Shown in pieces: positions 10,101 through 18,770 of a stretch of DNA of 64,000 nt (position 1 is the stretch's first letter; every line of letters starts with the position of its first letter). This DNA is from Acidimicrobiales bacterium (GTDB lineage Bacteria; Actinomycetota; Actinomycetes; Mycobacteriales; QHCE01). Location of the stretch: the NCBI GenBank assembly GCA_003243955.1, contig QHCE01000024.1, positions 188-64,187 on the forward strand, given 5' to 3'. The translations under genes and the position numbers were made by a program. Below the pieces are notes generated by a model. That model worked only from the letters and a program-made list of their open reading frames with translations, was not told the DNA's origin and did no database searches.

Positions 10101-11543
10101 CTCAGCCCCGCTGAGGGCGCGGTGATTGGTCTGCACGACATTCCACACGAGCAGCGGCAACAGCCGTACTCCATTCAGCTCGTAACAGCCGGACACATGT
10201 TGCTGGCCGGTGGTCCGCGTAGCGGCCGCAGCAGTGCGTTGCGCACCATTGCCGCGAGTTTGGCCGATCAGCATTCCCCAGAACAGCTACGGATCTTCGC
10301 TTGCGACAGTGGCGGCGAACTTGCGACGCTACAGACACTGCCGCACTGCGATGGGGTAGTGGCGCCAGACGACGCCGAGCACTGCCAGCGCGTGCTCCGC
10401 CGACTACGCATCGAGCTGCAACGGCGGCGGGTGCAACGGACCCCTACCACCGGGGACGCCAGGGAAGACAGGGCACCATGGTTGGTGCTGCTGCTGGACT
10501 CGTGGGAAACGTTTCGGCACAGCTACGACGATCTGCGGCACGGCGCCCTCCTAGGCGAGCTAGCTAGCGTGCTACGCGACGGCGGTGGGCTCGGGCTGCG
10601 CGCGTTCGTCAGCGGTGACCGCTCGTTGCTGGCATCACCGATTGCGACCTTGTTGGGCACTCGGCTGATCCTGCCGATGGCCGATGCCGACAGTTACGGC
10701 TTGGCCGGGATCGCTCGACGGGATGTTCCTCAGCAGTTCATCCCTGGTCGGGCCATCCTTCCCAGCACGCCCGTAACAACCATGCAGTTCGCGCAGCTCG
10801 ACCCCGACCCAGCGGTGCCGGAGCAGCCAACAACGTTGAACCGGCTAAGCGCTCAGCTTCGACAGCGCTGGCCACACACCGCAACACGTGCGATGCCCGT
10901 GCGTGCACTACCCCGATTGGTGGCACCGGACATGCTGAAACCGGCTACCCAACAGTGGTGCTTACCTATTGGGTTGGGCGGCGACAACACCGAAACCCTT
11001 GAGCTGGATCTCTCCGAGACGACCACGGCTCTGATTGCTGGCCCACCAGCAAGCGGAAAAACCAGCACTCTATTGGCTGTGGCAGCAGGTGCAGCGGATC
11101 AGGGGTGCAGGCTCATAATCGCAGCGCCGGGCCGCAACGCGCTGAGCTCCGCGCTATCCACCGCAAGTACAGCGGCCACAGCTGCGCAGCTGACATCGCT
11201 GCTCGATGCCGATTCTGGGCCGTGCATGATCCTGGTTGACGATGTAGAACTGTTGGCCGACAGCGATGTAGATGCGGCGTTGAGCGCGATCGTCTCGCTG
11301 GGACACCACCGAGTGGTGCTGGCTGGCGGGGCAGATGAGCTGCTCAGCATGTTTCGGGGCTGTACTGTAGCCGCCCGACGCTCTCGGGTAGGAGTGCTGC
11401 TGGCCGCACGTGCCGGCGACGGAGAGCTACTCGGGCAGCCCCGTCTTACTGCGGGCGGCGTGCTCGACGGCGCTGGGCGAGGTTTACTGGTCCAGCACGG
11501 CACGGTAACCGCGCTGCAAGTGGTGCAATCATGTGAGAAATAA
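7080..11543 (+). CDS. EssC/EccC-like FtsK/SpoIIIE ATPase with N-terminal beta-grasp-like and FHA domains
   Basis: FHA core is AIGRDPGCQLHLHDPEVSRRHAVV...GSANGTF, followed by two TM helices (WLGVILSVCLPLAL, GVSMLGFMALTPVLML). Three P-loop domains: GTTGAGKS/VVIDEF, GGPRSGRS/LLLDSW (degenerate) and GPPASGKT/ILVDDV. Confidence 0.85.
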   Translation: MGVRLKLRVDSAADARLLNVIAAPQTPLRVVAARLLETVGVSAATPLFTAAGPLDLRVTLGESSLRDGTVLSVGTPLPSASPAFGPRLAVISGPDSGSFVPLRPGVTAIGRDPGCQLHLHDPEVSRRHAVVTLDAEGVWLTDTGSANGTFLGGGELNGTRLGEQPIPLPPHTLVRCGGSVLWLTTTGHGPEFAAQSSPRLTPLPTHPTLEGALELLRPPRIVAPTVPPTITYPHAPQQLAAPSTPWLGVILSVCLPLALSGVLWWFMRDSMGVAGVSMLGFMALTPVLMLTQVLTDRWGRRRAARTANTAHQTALVATDQRLVAALQEEALRRYAQTPDAPTVADIAQTPALRLWERRPSDPDWLRLRIGLATLPAELVVHRGGTTTSTLVPPERPPLPLAPATIELGTAGVLGIAGSGSQQLCQWLLAQLATLHSPSELRLALLTDADRDTWQSASWLPHIHGDHAPGGNGIATNPASQQALVSCLATLIQRRVANCHNPTQLLDQPNEPAVVLLCDSTHSLASLPGGRSVLDDGPKQRVYTIYRSTDARALPGQCRATITLPSGLQLAAGGALRATLAVTNAPQVTGILPELVSTAWSDQISRALAPLRERVGADQTRTLPTSASFSDLLSAAFDYPWEQDRKHDDPSRWPQVRLAEQISARWRQQPTCTEAAIGFDSRGPVSIDLAADGPHALIAGTTGAGKSELLRTWIASLALHNRPDELNLLLIDYKGGAAFAECAELPHVVGLVTDLDPALTSRVLSSLRAELQRRERQLAAIGAGDFNELGELNEHRELGATAPDGGLARLIVVIDEFATLTTELPELVTGLVDLARRGRSLGVHLVLATQRPAGVVSAEIRANTALRICLRVTDAQDSTDVIDTTDAARIDTGVAGRAIMRRQGQLVPVQVAHISHPWLPPRAESRNAAFVDIRAISWHGLPLLAASSIGGASTHSDTGSRRAVSALHYLVQTIRLAASRTRLRQPAPPWLPPLAERLALAEVKSMKSLSPAEGAVIGLHDIPHEQRQQPYSIQLVTAGHMLLAGGPRSGRSSALRTIAASLADQHSPEQLRIFACDSGGELATLQTLPHCDGVVAPDDAEHCQRVLRRLRIELQRRRVQRTPTTGDAREDRAPWLVLLLDSWETFRHSYDDLRHGALLGELASVLRDGGGLGLRAFVSGDRSLLASPIATLLGTRLILPMADADSYGLAGIARRDVPQQFIPGRAILPSTPVTTMQFAQLDPDPAVPEQPTTLNRLSAQLRQRWPHTATRAMPVRALPRLVAPDMLKPATQQWCLPIGLGGDNTETLELDLSETTTALIAGPPASGKTSTLLAVAAGAADQGCRLIIAAPGRNALSSALSTASTAATAAQLTSLLDADSGPCMILVDDVELLADSDVDAALSAIVSLGHHRVVLAGGADELLSMFRGCTVAARRSRVGVLLAARAGDGELLGQPRLTAGGVLDGAGRGLLVQHGTVTALQVVQSCEK

Positions 11544-11660
11544 GAAATGAATGTAGGCACACCGAAATAGCATGCTGTGGACTTAAATACCCGCTGTGGA
11601 CAACCTTCTACCGCACGGCAGGCAGAGCAGAATTAGCGTTTATGACGTTAAGGAGGCACT

Positions 11661-12251
11661 ATGGGAACCATGACCGCTGCGAACACCGCGACCGCGCTGC
11701 CCTTTGGGCAGCCGTTGACAATTTCCGACCTCGCCGAGATGCCCGATGACGGCCACCGGTACGAGCTGCTGGATGGGGTGCTGATCGTGAGCCCCGCCCC
11801 CAGCTGGCCGCATCAAGAGGCGCAGGGCAGCCTTCTGGTGCAACTCAGACAAGCATGTACCCCGCAGTTTCGCGTGCTCGGTGCCCCGTTCGCGGTGTGG
11901 CCGGCAGACGACAAGACCGAGCTGCAACCCGACGTTCTAGTCGCCCGGTACGACGACCTCACGCACGCCGGTCTACCCACCGCACCAGTGCTGGCCGTGG
12001 AGATCCTCTCGCCCAGCACTGCGCTGATCGACCTCAACCTGAAGAAAGCCGCCTACGAACGGTTCGGCGCACAATCCTACTGGGTGATCCATCCGTTAAC
12101 CCCGGCGTTGTTCGTGTACGAACGGGGCGACAACGGGGAGTATCACCAGCGCGCCCACGTCATCGGCGACGAACCGTTCCACGCCACTCAACCGTTTGCC
12201 ATCACCATTGTCCCCAACAAGCTCATCGCCGGCCTAAACCCGACAAGCTAG
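11661..12251 (+). CDS. Uma2-family (DUF820) endonuclease
   Basis: PDDGHRYELLDGVLIVSPAPSWPHQEA and PDVLV motifs. AAGGAGG lies upstream of the ATG. Confidence 0.75.
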   Translation: MGTMTAANTATALPFGQPLTISDLAEMPDDGHRYELLDGVLIVSPAPSWPHQEAQGSLLVQLRQACTPQFRVLGAPFAVWPADDKTELQPDVLVARYDDLTHAGLPTAPVLAVEILSPSTALIDLNLKKAAYERFGAQSYWVIHPLTPALFVYERGDNGEYHQRAHVIGDEPFHATQPFAITIVPNKLIAGLNPTS

Positions 12252-12309
12252 TGGTTGTGTAATCGTTTGCATTGCTATGTGATGAAACGACCAGTTCAGC
12301 GGCAGCGCC

Positions 12310-12345
12310 TTTTTGCCAAGTTCTCCTAACTTGGCAAAAATTTTT
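12310..12345. terminator. Bidirectional hairpin terminator between Uma2 and mazF
   Basis: TTTTTGCCAAGTT-CTCCTA-AACTTGGCAAAAA is a perfect 13-bp stem flanked by A and T runs on both sides. Confidence 0.7.
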
Positions 12346-12361
12346 ATCGTGCACCACCTCG

Positions 12362-12709
12362 TTAAGCAATGTCGACGAGCTGCCGGAGCGCGAATCGGAT
12401 TGCCTCACGCTCCCGTTGACTTATGGCATCGGCTTTATGGCGCGACACAAGCCGGCCTCTTGAGACAGCTTTGATCTGATCGCACATCGCGTATCCAGCT
12501 CGACCAGCGAGCATGACCCCCGGCTGCCACGGCGCATTGCGGTTTGTACTCGTGCAGGGCACCACAACCGCAAGCTGATTCGGTAACGAGCACGCCAGTG
12601 GGGTTCCCACTACTATCGCCGGACGACGCCCAGCCTGCTCGGTACCGACCTGCGGATCAAATTCACACCACCAGACCTGCCAGGGAGTGAGTGCGGCGCG
12701 TGGAGTCAT
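12362..12709 (-). CDS. mazF: MazF/PemK-family toxin
   Basis: WQVWWCEFDPQVGTEQAGRRPAIVV is a PemK signature. The ATG at 12709 overlaps the antitoxin stop as ATGA; the track ORF begins at 12739. Confidence 0.75.
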   Translation of the reverse strand: MTPRAALTPWQVWWCEFDPQVGTEQAGRRPAIVVGTPLACSLPNQLAVVVPCTSTNRNAPWQPGVMLAGRAGYAMCDQIKAVSRGRLVSRHKADAISQREREAIRFALRQLVDIA

Positions 12710-12930
12710 TCGCGCACCGCCGCGTCTAGCTCCGCCCACTGTGCCGCCTCTCGCTGGTACTCGGCCAGTGCCTCGGGATCTGCTTCAAGTCGGGCAATCG
12801 CGGACACGGTCTCGCGTTGAAACAGCACAATCCGCAGGGCCTCGTCCAAACTGACGCCACCTAGTTCATCGGCCGCAATCCTGGCCAACGTGTCCCGATT
12901 CAGCATCGATACTCTCATACTTGTGTGCAT
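12706..12930 (-). CDS. Putative antitoxin of the MazF module
   Basis: Small acidic ORF start/stop-coupled to mazF. The start is ambiguous (12930, 12918 or 12906). Confidence 0.5.
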   Translation of the reverse strand: MHTSMRVSMLNRDTLARIAADELGGVSLDEALRIVLFQRETVSAIARLEADPEALAEYQREAAQWAELDAAVRE

Positions 12931-12951
12931 GCATCAAAGCATACACACAAG
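12920..12951. promoter_or_regulatory. Palindromic operator-like site at the 5' end of the mazEF-like operon
   Basis: CTTGTGTGCATGC-ATCAAA-GCATACACACAAG is a 13-bp inverted repeat with 1 mismatch, at or just upstream of the antitoxin start. Confidence 0.5.
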
Positions 12952-12966
12952 GGCTAGGTAGCCATC

Positions 12967-14033
12967 CTACTTGTGGAAAGTGACGTTACTACCCGAACCG
13001 CGACGGATGATGACCTGTGGTTCCCCCGAAATCGTGGAGGGTTTTTTATGCTGCTTCTTGGTTGAGGGCAGTGTTCTCGTAGTTGGCGGGGACTTCATTC
13101 CGGCGGCGTTGTGACGAGGCTGGTGATTGTAGAACTCGAACGCGTAGCGCCACTCGACTGAACTTCCCCAGATTTGATAGGGATTCGATTCTCCGAGAGG
13201 TTGATGACCATGTCGGCATTGAAGAAAGTACGAGCAGAAGATCGGAATCTTAGCCCAATGAGATTTTCCTGTTTGGTTCTCTTTAAGCCCAGGAGCCATT
13301 ACGGTAGTTGTTGTGACCGGGCCTGATTCCAAAATAACCGATAACGACGTCCATACCTACTTATGGGATTACAATGGAGGCTCTCTCGACGACCTTGTTA
13401 GACACTTCTCTGCTAGAGGATAAGGACACCAGTGGTCTGGGCTCTGCTCTAGGCCGACTAGCCCAAGAGGGGTTTATCTCTCGGAAGGAAGACGGAGATT
13501 ATGAGCTTCTCCCCGAGGGCAAGTGGGCACGTCAGGAACCTGTAAGGTTGCCGCTCCCTGCAATAACGGTGCAGAATCGGCCGCGGCGGCGGCCAAAGCC
13601 CGCTCAGCAGGTCAGGTACCTGCCACTTCCTGGTACTGATGAAGGCCGACGCCGTAGGGGCAGCCCAGGGCACCGTAACGCGTGACGTTGGCGTAGCGCG
13701 CCTGGAGTGTCTCCCGTTTGGCTTGTTCCATGGCGACTTCCCTCTGGTTTCGGCGTTCAGCCCTCGCGCGTTCGAGCTCCAGCTGCCTTTGAGTTTCAGC
13801 TTCGACCCGAGCCTCCAGCTCTGCAACGGTCTTACCGAGAACGTCTTCGAGGCTCCACCGTCGCGCCCAAAGTACCCTCGCGAGCCTCACGGTCGCGAGG
13901 GACCCAATTACCCAAAGTGCCCTCGTTGACCCCAGATCAGGGCCACCGCAGCGATCGGCTTATTCGTCTCAGTGACGCTCCGGACCGCTCCCTCATCGAA
14001 CTCCCGATCGTACTTCTGGCGTTCCTCTGGCAT
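12967..14033 (-). mobile_element. Degraded IS3-family element: frameshifted orfA plus orfB tail
   Basis: The ATG at 14033 (AAGGAG upstream) gives MPEERQKYDREFDEGAVRSVTETNKPIAAVA, an IS3 OrfA HTH. It then shifts frame (DLGVNEGTLGNWVPRDRE). The 12967..13332 ORF ends with VEWRYAFEFYNHQPRHNAAGMKSP, which looks like an integrase-core C-terminus. The region is low in GC. Confidence 0.5.
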
Positions 14034-14084
14034 CGCTACTCCTTACAGCGGATACCTCTACGCTCCTGGGAGAACCTCAACCCG

Positions 14085-14753
14085 TCAGCTACGACGAGCG
14101 GTAGCTAAAGAGGCGAGGATGGCAAACGCGGTGATGCCGAGTAGGAAGGCAATCGACGGCGTGATAGCAGCCGGAAACCCGTGTCGGGGATTGTGCTCGA
14201 GAACGCGAAGCGCCCAGGCGACCGGCGAAGCGGGAATAATAATGCTCAATAGAGTGACCATCGCAATGCCGAGCACGGCCGCACCGGGTCGGTGCAACAT
14301 GGGTGGCCCAGCTAGCGCGCCAAGCCCGGTGCCAGCCAAGGCGAACACGAGATGAATGCCCAGCCCCCCAACCCAGGTCCTCCAGCCGTAAACGGCCGTA
14401 GGGTTGACCAGCGCGGCCCAGCTCACAGCAAGCACAACCAGCGGAAGTGCCGCGATCACGGCGGAGGTCAACAGCGCTGCCTGCACCCGCAGCTGACCCC
14501 GAGCGGCCGCCGCGGTGATCTGCCTGGCGATCGGGTCTTCCGTACTGAGCAGCGTTCGAGTCACCCAGGCCGCGACGGGGAACAACGCGACCGCGGTCAC
14601 CCCGTAGGAGGGGACCGCGGGGCCCGAGGCGTCGGCGTAAACCAGCGCGAGCAACAGTACATAGACCAGCAGCGGTGGTACCCATCGTTGCGAGCGCAGA
14701 AAGCCCGCGAGCTGATAGCGACACAGTGCGCTCATCCGACTGACTCCACACAC
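14085..14753 (-). CDS. ABC-2-type transporter permease
   Basis: 222-aa protein with about 6 TM segments, overlapping the stop of the upstream ATPase gene. Confidence 0.6.
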   Translation of the reverse strand: MCGVSRMSALCRYQLAGFLRSQRWVPPLLVYVLLLALVYADASGPAVPSYGVTAVALFPVAAWVTRTLLSTEDPIARQITAAAARGQLRVQAALLTSAVIAALPLVVLAVSWAALVNPTAVYGWRTWVGGLGIHLVFALAGTGLGALAGPPMLHRPGAAVLGIAMVTLLSIIIPASPVAWALRVLEHNPRHGFPAAITPSIAFLLGITAFAILASLATARRS

Positions 14754-15604
14754 CGAACGGATAGCCCGTTCTGCAACGCCTTAGCAAGTACCGCGTCGCA
14801 ATCCTCGGCGTCGACGTGCAGGAGGATGCTATTGGAAGTGGTTTCGATGTGTCGTACACCTGGATGTCCGGCCACGTCGAAACTCTCGGGTTGACCAGCC
14901 AGTACCACGAGCATCACCCGCTCGAGAGGCGCGGTTTCCTGGGGCTGGAGGGCACCGGCAACGAGCACCAGACTCGAATCCGGAGCCAGTGCCCGAGCCC
15001 GAGCCCGCTGACCGTGATCGGTGAAGACCACGGCTCCGCCGGCATTCCGGCACGCTCGCACCTGCTCCATAAGGGCAAGCTGCGCGCTGCGGTCCAGTCC
15101 AGTGAACGCCTCGTCAAGAATCAACCATGCCGGGTCAGCGACCAGCGCCTGCGCAATCGCCACCTTCTGGCTGGTGCCTTTGGATAGCTCCCACATTGGA
15201 GTGTCGGCGATCTGTGGCGCACCTAGCAGGTCCAGCAGCTCTCCGCTGCGCGCGGCTGTCAGACGATCTGGCAGAGCACGGATCCGACCCAGGTGACCCA
15301 GATACTGACGGACGGTGAACCGCAGGCCCGGCGGAAAACGCTCCGGCACGTATCCCACCCGCGCGGGCAGCCCTGTGATCCGACCGCGGGTAGGTACGGT
15401 GACCCCGGCCAAAATGCGCAGCAAGGTGCTCTTCCCGCACCCGTTATCACCCTGCACATGAGTCAGGGTGCCTGGTTGCATACTGCACTCGATGTCTCGC
15501 AGCACTAGTGGACCGCGCAGCTGGTACCGCTTGCTGACCCCGTTCAGCAGCACTGCCGAAGGCGCCTGATCGGCGCGTCGTGCAGATCGCAGGGAACCCA
15601 CCAC
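14732..15604 (-). CDS. ABC transporter ATP-binding protein
   Basis: Walker A GDNGCGKST, signature LSKGTSQKV, Walker B WLILDEA. Confidence 0.85.
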   Translation of the reverse strand: MVGSLRSARRADQAPSAVLLNGVSKRYQLRGPLVLRDIECSMQPGTLTHVQGDNGCGKSTLLRILAGVTVPTRGRITGLPARVGYVPERFPPGLRFTVRQYLGHLGRIRALPDRLTAARSGELLDLLGAPQIADTPMWELSKGTSQKVAIAQALVADPAWLILDEAFTGLDRSAQLALMEQVRACRNAGGAVVFTDHGQRARARALAPDSSLVLVAGALQPQETAPLERVMLVVLAGQPESFDVAGHPGVRHIETTSNSILLHVDAEDCDAVLAKALQNGLSVRCVESVG

Positions 15605-15668
15605 CTATCACCAGTCTGAGGAGTTGCTGAGCCGACACCAAGCGGGTACCTAAACATGACAGTTAGAG

Positions 15669-17309
15669 CTACCCCATGTGAGGGTAACGGTAATCTCGCG
15701 ATGGAACGAACGTCTCCTTGATTACTCGGGGCGAGACCCAGCGCATCAGATTGAAACCGCTGCCGGCTTTGTCGTTAGTGCCACTAGCCCGAGCCCCACC
15801 GAACGGCTGCTGACCCACGGTGGCCCCGGTGGGCTTGTCATTGACGTATATGTTTCCGGCGGCGTATCGCAACGCCTGTAGCGAGGCCGCGATCGCCGGG
15901 CGATCGGCCCCCCACACCGCGCCGGTAAGTGCATACGGTGCCACGTCGGCAGCTTGCGCCACAACATCGTCATACCGCGGATCGGCGAAGATATGCACCG
16001 CCAGAATTGGTGCAAAATACTCCGTCATGAATACGTCGTGCTCCGGGTCATCGCACTCCACAATCGTGGGCTGTACGAAGTAACCCACTCGGTCATCGAC
16101 ACCGCCGCCGGCGATAATGCGACAGGCAGGATCGGCGCGCAGCGCGGCGATCACCGCGGCCGCGCGATCGTAGGCCCGCCGGTCAATCACCGCGCCACCG
16201 AAGTTTTTGAGGTCAGCCACGTTTCCGTAGCTGATGTCTTCGGTTGCCGCTACCAATCGATCGCGCAGCTGCGGCCAAATGGAACGCGGGATGTATGCCC
16301 GGGAAGCCGCGGAGCATTTCTGCCCCTGGTATTCAAACGCACCACGCACCAGTGCGGCACACAGCTCCTCGATGAGGCCGCCAGCGCTGGGGTGCGCGAT
16401 GACGAAGTCTTTACCACCGGTCTCACCGACCAGGCGCGGATATCCGCGATAGCGGCCGATGTTCTCCCCCACGGTTGCCCACAACTGCTGGAACGTTCCT
16501 GTAGAGCCGGTGAAGTGGATACCGGCAAGATCACGATGCGGCACCGCGACCTGGGATACCGCCACCCCATCTCCGGTCACCAGATTGATCACACCCGGTG
16601 GCAGTCCCGCGGTTTCCAGTAGCCGCATCGTGTAATGCGCGGCCAGTTGTTGGGTGGGTGAGGGTTTCCACACCACGGTGTTTCCCATCAGCGCCGGTGC
16701 CAACGGCAAGTTTCCGGCGATCGCGGTGAAGTTGAACGGCGTTATGGCCAGCACGAAACCTTCCAGCGGCCGGTGGTCGAACCGATTCCAGCTACCCGGC
16801 GGGGAGTTGAGCCGCTCGGTCAGCAACCGCTCACCGAAACTGACGTTGAAGCGCAGAAAGTCAATCAGCTCGCAGGCGGCGTCGATCTCAGCTTGAAACA
16901 CCGACTTGGATTGCCCCAGCATGGTGGCGGCGTTCAGCGTCGGCCGCCGCGGCCCGGCCAACAGATCAGCGGCACGCAACAACACCGCGGCTCGCTCGGT
17001 GTAGTGCAGCTCCCGCCAAGCGGCTCCGGCGGCCAGCGCCGCGTCGACCGCGTCGCCGACATCGGCCGGGCTGGCCTGGTGCAGTGTGCCCAGCACGTGG
17101 GCGTGGTTGTGCGGCTCCACCACGTCGAGCGGCTCACCACCACCGCTGCGCTGCTGGCCGGCGATGGTGCACGTGAGTTCAGGGCGTTCAGAGCGCAGAC
17201 GGACTAGCTCGGCCTGCACGGCTACTACCTCAGGGCTACCAGGCACGTAGTCGCGCACCAGCTCATTGCGAGGATGGGGAAGCGCCGCCAAACCGTCCAT
17301 GTTCACCAT
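15669..17309 (-). CDS. pruA: L-glutamate gamma-semialdehyde (1-pyrroline-5-carboxylate) dehydrogenase
   Basis: 546-aa aldehyde dehydrogenase with FTGSTGTF and EYQGQKCSAASR motifs. Length and motifs fit actinobacterial PruA. Confidence 0.8.
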   Translation of the reverse strand: MVNMDGLAALPHPRNELVRDYVPGSPEVVAVQAELVRLRSERPELTCTIAGQQRSGGGEPLDVVEPHNHAHVLGTLHQASPADVGDAVDAALAAGAAWRELHYTERAAVLLRAADLLAGPRRPTLNAATMLGQSKSVFQAEIDAACELIDFLRFNVSFGERLLTERLNSPPGSWNRFDHRPLEGFVLAITPFNFTAIAGNLPLAPALMGNTVVWKPSPTQQLAAHYTMRLLETAGLPPGVINLVTGDGVAVSQVAVPHRDLAGIHFTGSTGTFQQLWATVGENIGRYRGYPRLVGETGGKDFVIAHPSAGGLIEELCAALVRGAFEYQGQKCSAASRAYIPRSIWPQLRDRLVAATEDISYGNVADLKNFGGAVIDRRAYDRAAAVIAALRADPACRIIAGGGVDDRVGYFVQPTIVECDDPEHDVFMTEYFAPILAVHIFADPRYDDVVAQAADVAPYALTGAVWGADRPAIAASLQALRYAAGNIYVNDKPTGATVGQQPFGGARASGTNDKAGSGFNLMRWVSPRVIKETFVPSRDYRYPHMG

Positions 17310-17335
17310 CCTGGCACGGCATCCTCACAAGGCGT

Positions 17336-17791
17336 TTACTCGCCCAGTTCGCCTTTCGCGTTCGTTGTACTCAGATACCGCGCTACCTGAGTAACGTAGC
17401 TACGGTATCCGGTGCGGGCAGCAGAAATAGCTAGCAATACCTTTGCATAGTCGATCTCTAAGTATTCGTGAACTAGCACGTTTCGCATGCCAGCGCTTGG
17501 CTGAAGCTCTTTAGCCAGCTCCTCAGTGAGTAAACCTTCATGCTCAGCGTCAACAAAAGACGCCCGATAGGTTTCCGGTGTCTTTCCGGTAGCCGCAACT
17601 ACGTGAGTATTAATTGCAACGGCAAGATCAACTAGCAAAGTTAGAATACGCTCCACCAGCAGACTGATGGACAGCTCATGCGACAGCTGGTGCTCAGTAA
17701 CATCACCGAGTTTGTCGAGCTCGCCTAGAAGACGGCGCATCATTCGTAGACGCCGGTACATGACGCCTTGCTCAGCAGCGTTTGGGGTCAT
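17336..17791 (-). CDS. hepT: HepT-like (DUF86) RNase toxin
   Basis: RNVLVHEY fits the Rx4HxY motif. The gene is directly downstream of the nucleotidyltransferase partner. Confidence 0.8.
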   Translation of the reverse strand: MTPNAAEQGVMYRRLRMMRRLLGELDKLGDVTEHQLSHELSISLLVERILTLLVDLAVAINTHVVAATGKTPETYRASFVDAEHEGLLTEELAKELQPSAGMRNVLVHEYLEIDYAKVLLAISAARTGYRSYVTQVARYLSTTNAKGELGE

Positions 17792-17794
17792 TCT

Positions 17795-18232
17795 CTACAC
17801 CCCCTCCGCCATGAGCTTGAGGTCCCATTTGCGCAACCAATCAGTGTCCATCCGCATGCATATTGCGGCCGCTCGAGCCTCAGCGTATGCTCCGATTTCT
17901 CTTTCATAGAGCGGAATACACTTCACTAACGCTTGTTCTTGAGCAACCGGATCAGCGCGAGAAAGATCCATAACATCAATCTCTGAAACACCCGTTAAAT
18001 CTGATATTTCATTAACGAGTTGAACAATGTCTCCAGAGTGATCTATCTCAAACAGAACTGCCACATCGAGGTCGTTAGGAGTTGTATTTTCCTTAGCCGT
18101 ACTACCAAAGACCGTTAAAACGCGGATGCCGCGCTCGGCACAAAAGATATCCAGCTCGCCGGAGCGCGCGGCGGCTCGAAGCCGAGCAAGTCCTTCGTGA
18201 GGAGTGGCCATACGCTCTACGATAACCCTCAA
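17795..18232 (-). CDS. mntA: MntA-like nucleotidyltransferase antitoxin
   Basis: FGSTAKENTTPNDLDVAVL matches the GSx10-11DxD nucleotidyltransferase motif. Confidence 0.8.
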   Translation of the reverse strand: MRVIVERMATPHEGLARLRAAARSGELDIFCAERGIRVLTVFGSTAKENTTPNDLDVAVLFEIDHSGDIVQLVNEISDLTGVSEIDVMDLSRADPVAQEQALVKCIPLYEREIGAYAEARAAAICMRMDTDWLRKWDLKLMAEGV

Positions 18233-18507
18233 GGTCGGTTTCGATAAACTTTGTTGCGATGATCAACCCTGACCACAAGAATGCACAAGACATGATCACG
18301 AATCTCTGCAACAATGCGCCAGTCGCCGGTACGGTAGCGCCATAGGTGGCCAAACTGTGAACCTTGCAGGGCTTCACCCAGTTCACGCGGGTTTGCTAAC
18401 GGCGCAATCCGCTCATACAGGTAGGCCAGTATCCGCCGAGCTATCTGCGGATCAAGCTTGCGAAGGCCACGTTGGACAACCTCGTCAAGCTCAACTTTCC
18501 ATGCCAT
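18229..18507 (-). CDS. relE: RelE/ParE-family toxin
   Basis: LWRYRTGDWRIVAEIRDHVLCILVVRVDHRNKVY is a classic RelE/ParE C-terminus. The stop overlaps the mntA start by 4 nt. Confidence 0.8.
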   Translation of the reverse strand: MAWKVELDEVVQRGLRKLDPQIARRILAYLYERIAPLANPRELGEALQGSQFGHLWRYRTGDWRIVAEIRDHVLCILVVRVDHRNKVYRNRP

Positions 18508-18718
18508 ATTCAGCCATCACTTCTGATAGCGGGACCGCGCGACTACGCCCGGCACGCAAGTTTTCTAAACGTTGCTCCGCAACATAGATTTCCTCTAGGT
18601 CATCAAGGTGCGCGACGATGGCCTCCCTTGCATAGTAAGACTTGGACCTACCTGTCGTTTTTGCGAGCACATCCAGCCGATCTTCAACGTCTTCTGGTAA
18701 GCGAAGGGCCAGCATCAT
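18491..18718 (-). CDS. Ribbon-helix-helix antitoxin (RelB/ParD-like)
   Basis: 75 aa beginning MMLALRLPEDVEDRLDVLAKTTGRSKSYYAREAI, which is an RHH fold. It overlaps the relE start. Confidence 0.7.
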   Translation of the reverse strand: MMLALRLPEDVEDRLDVLAKTTGRSKSYYAREAIVAHLDDLEEIYVAEQRLENLRAGRSRAVPLSEVMAEYGMES

Positions 18719-18770
18719 GGCCTCCTTAGGGCATGGATATCGATAGTGTCATACAACTATAGCACTCTTC

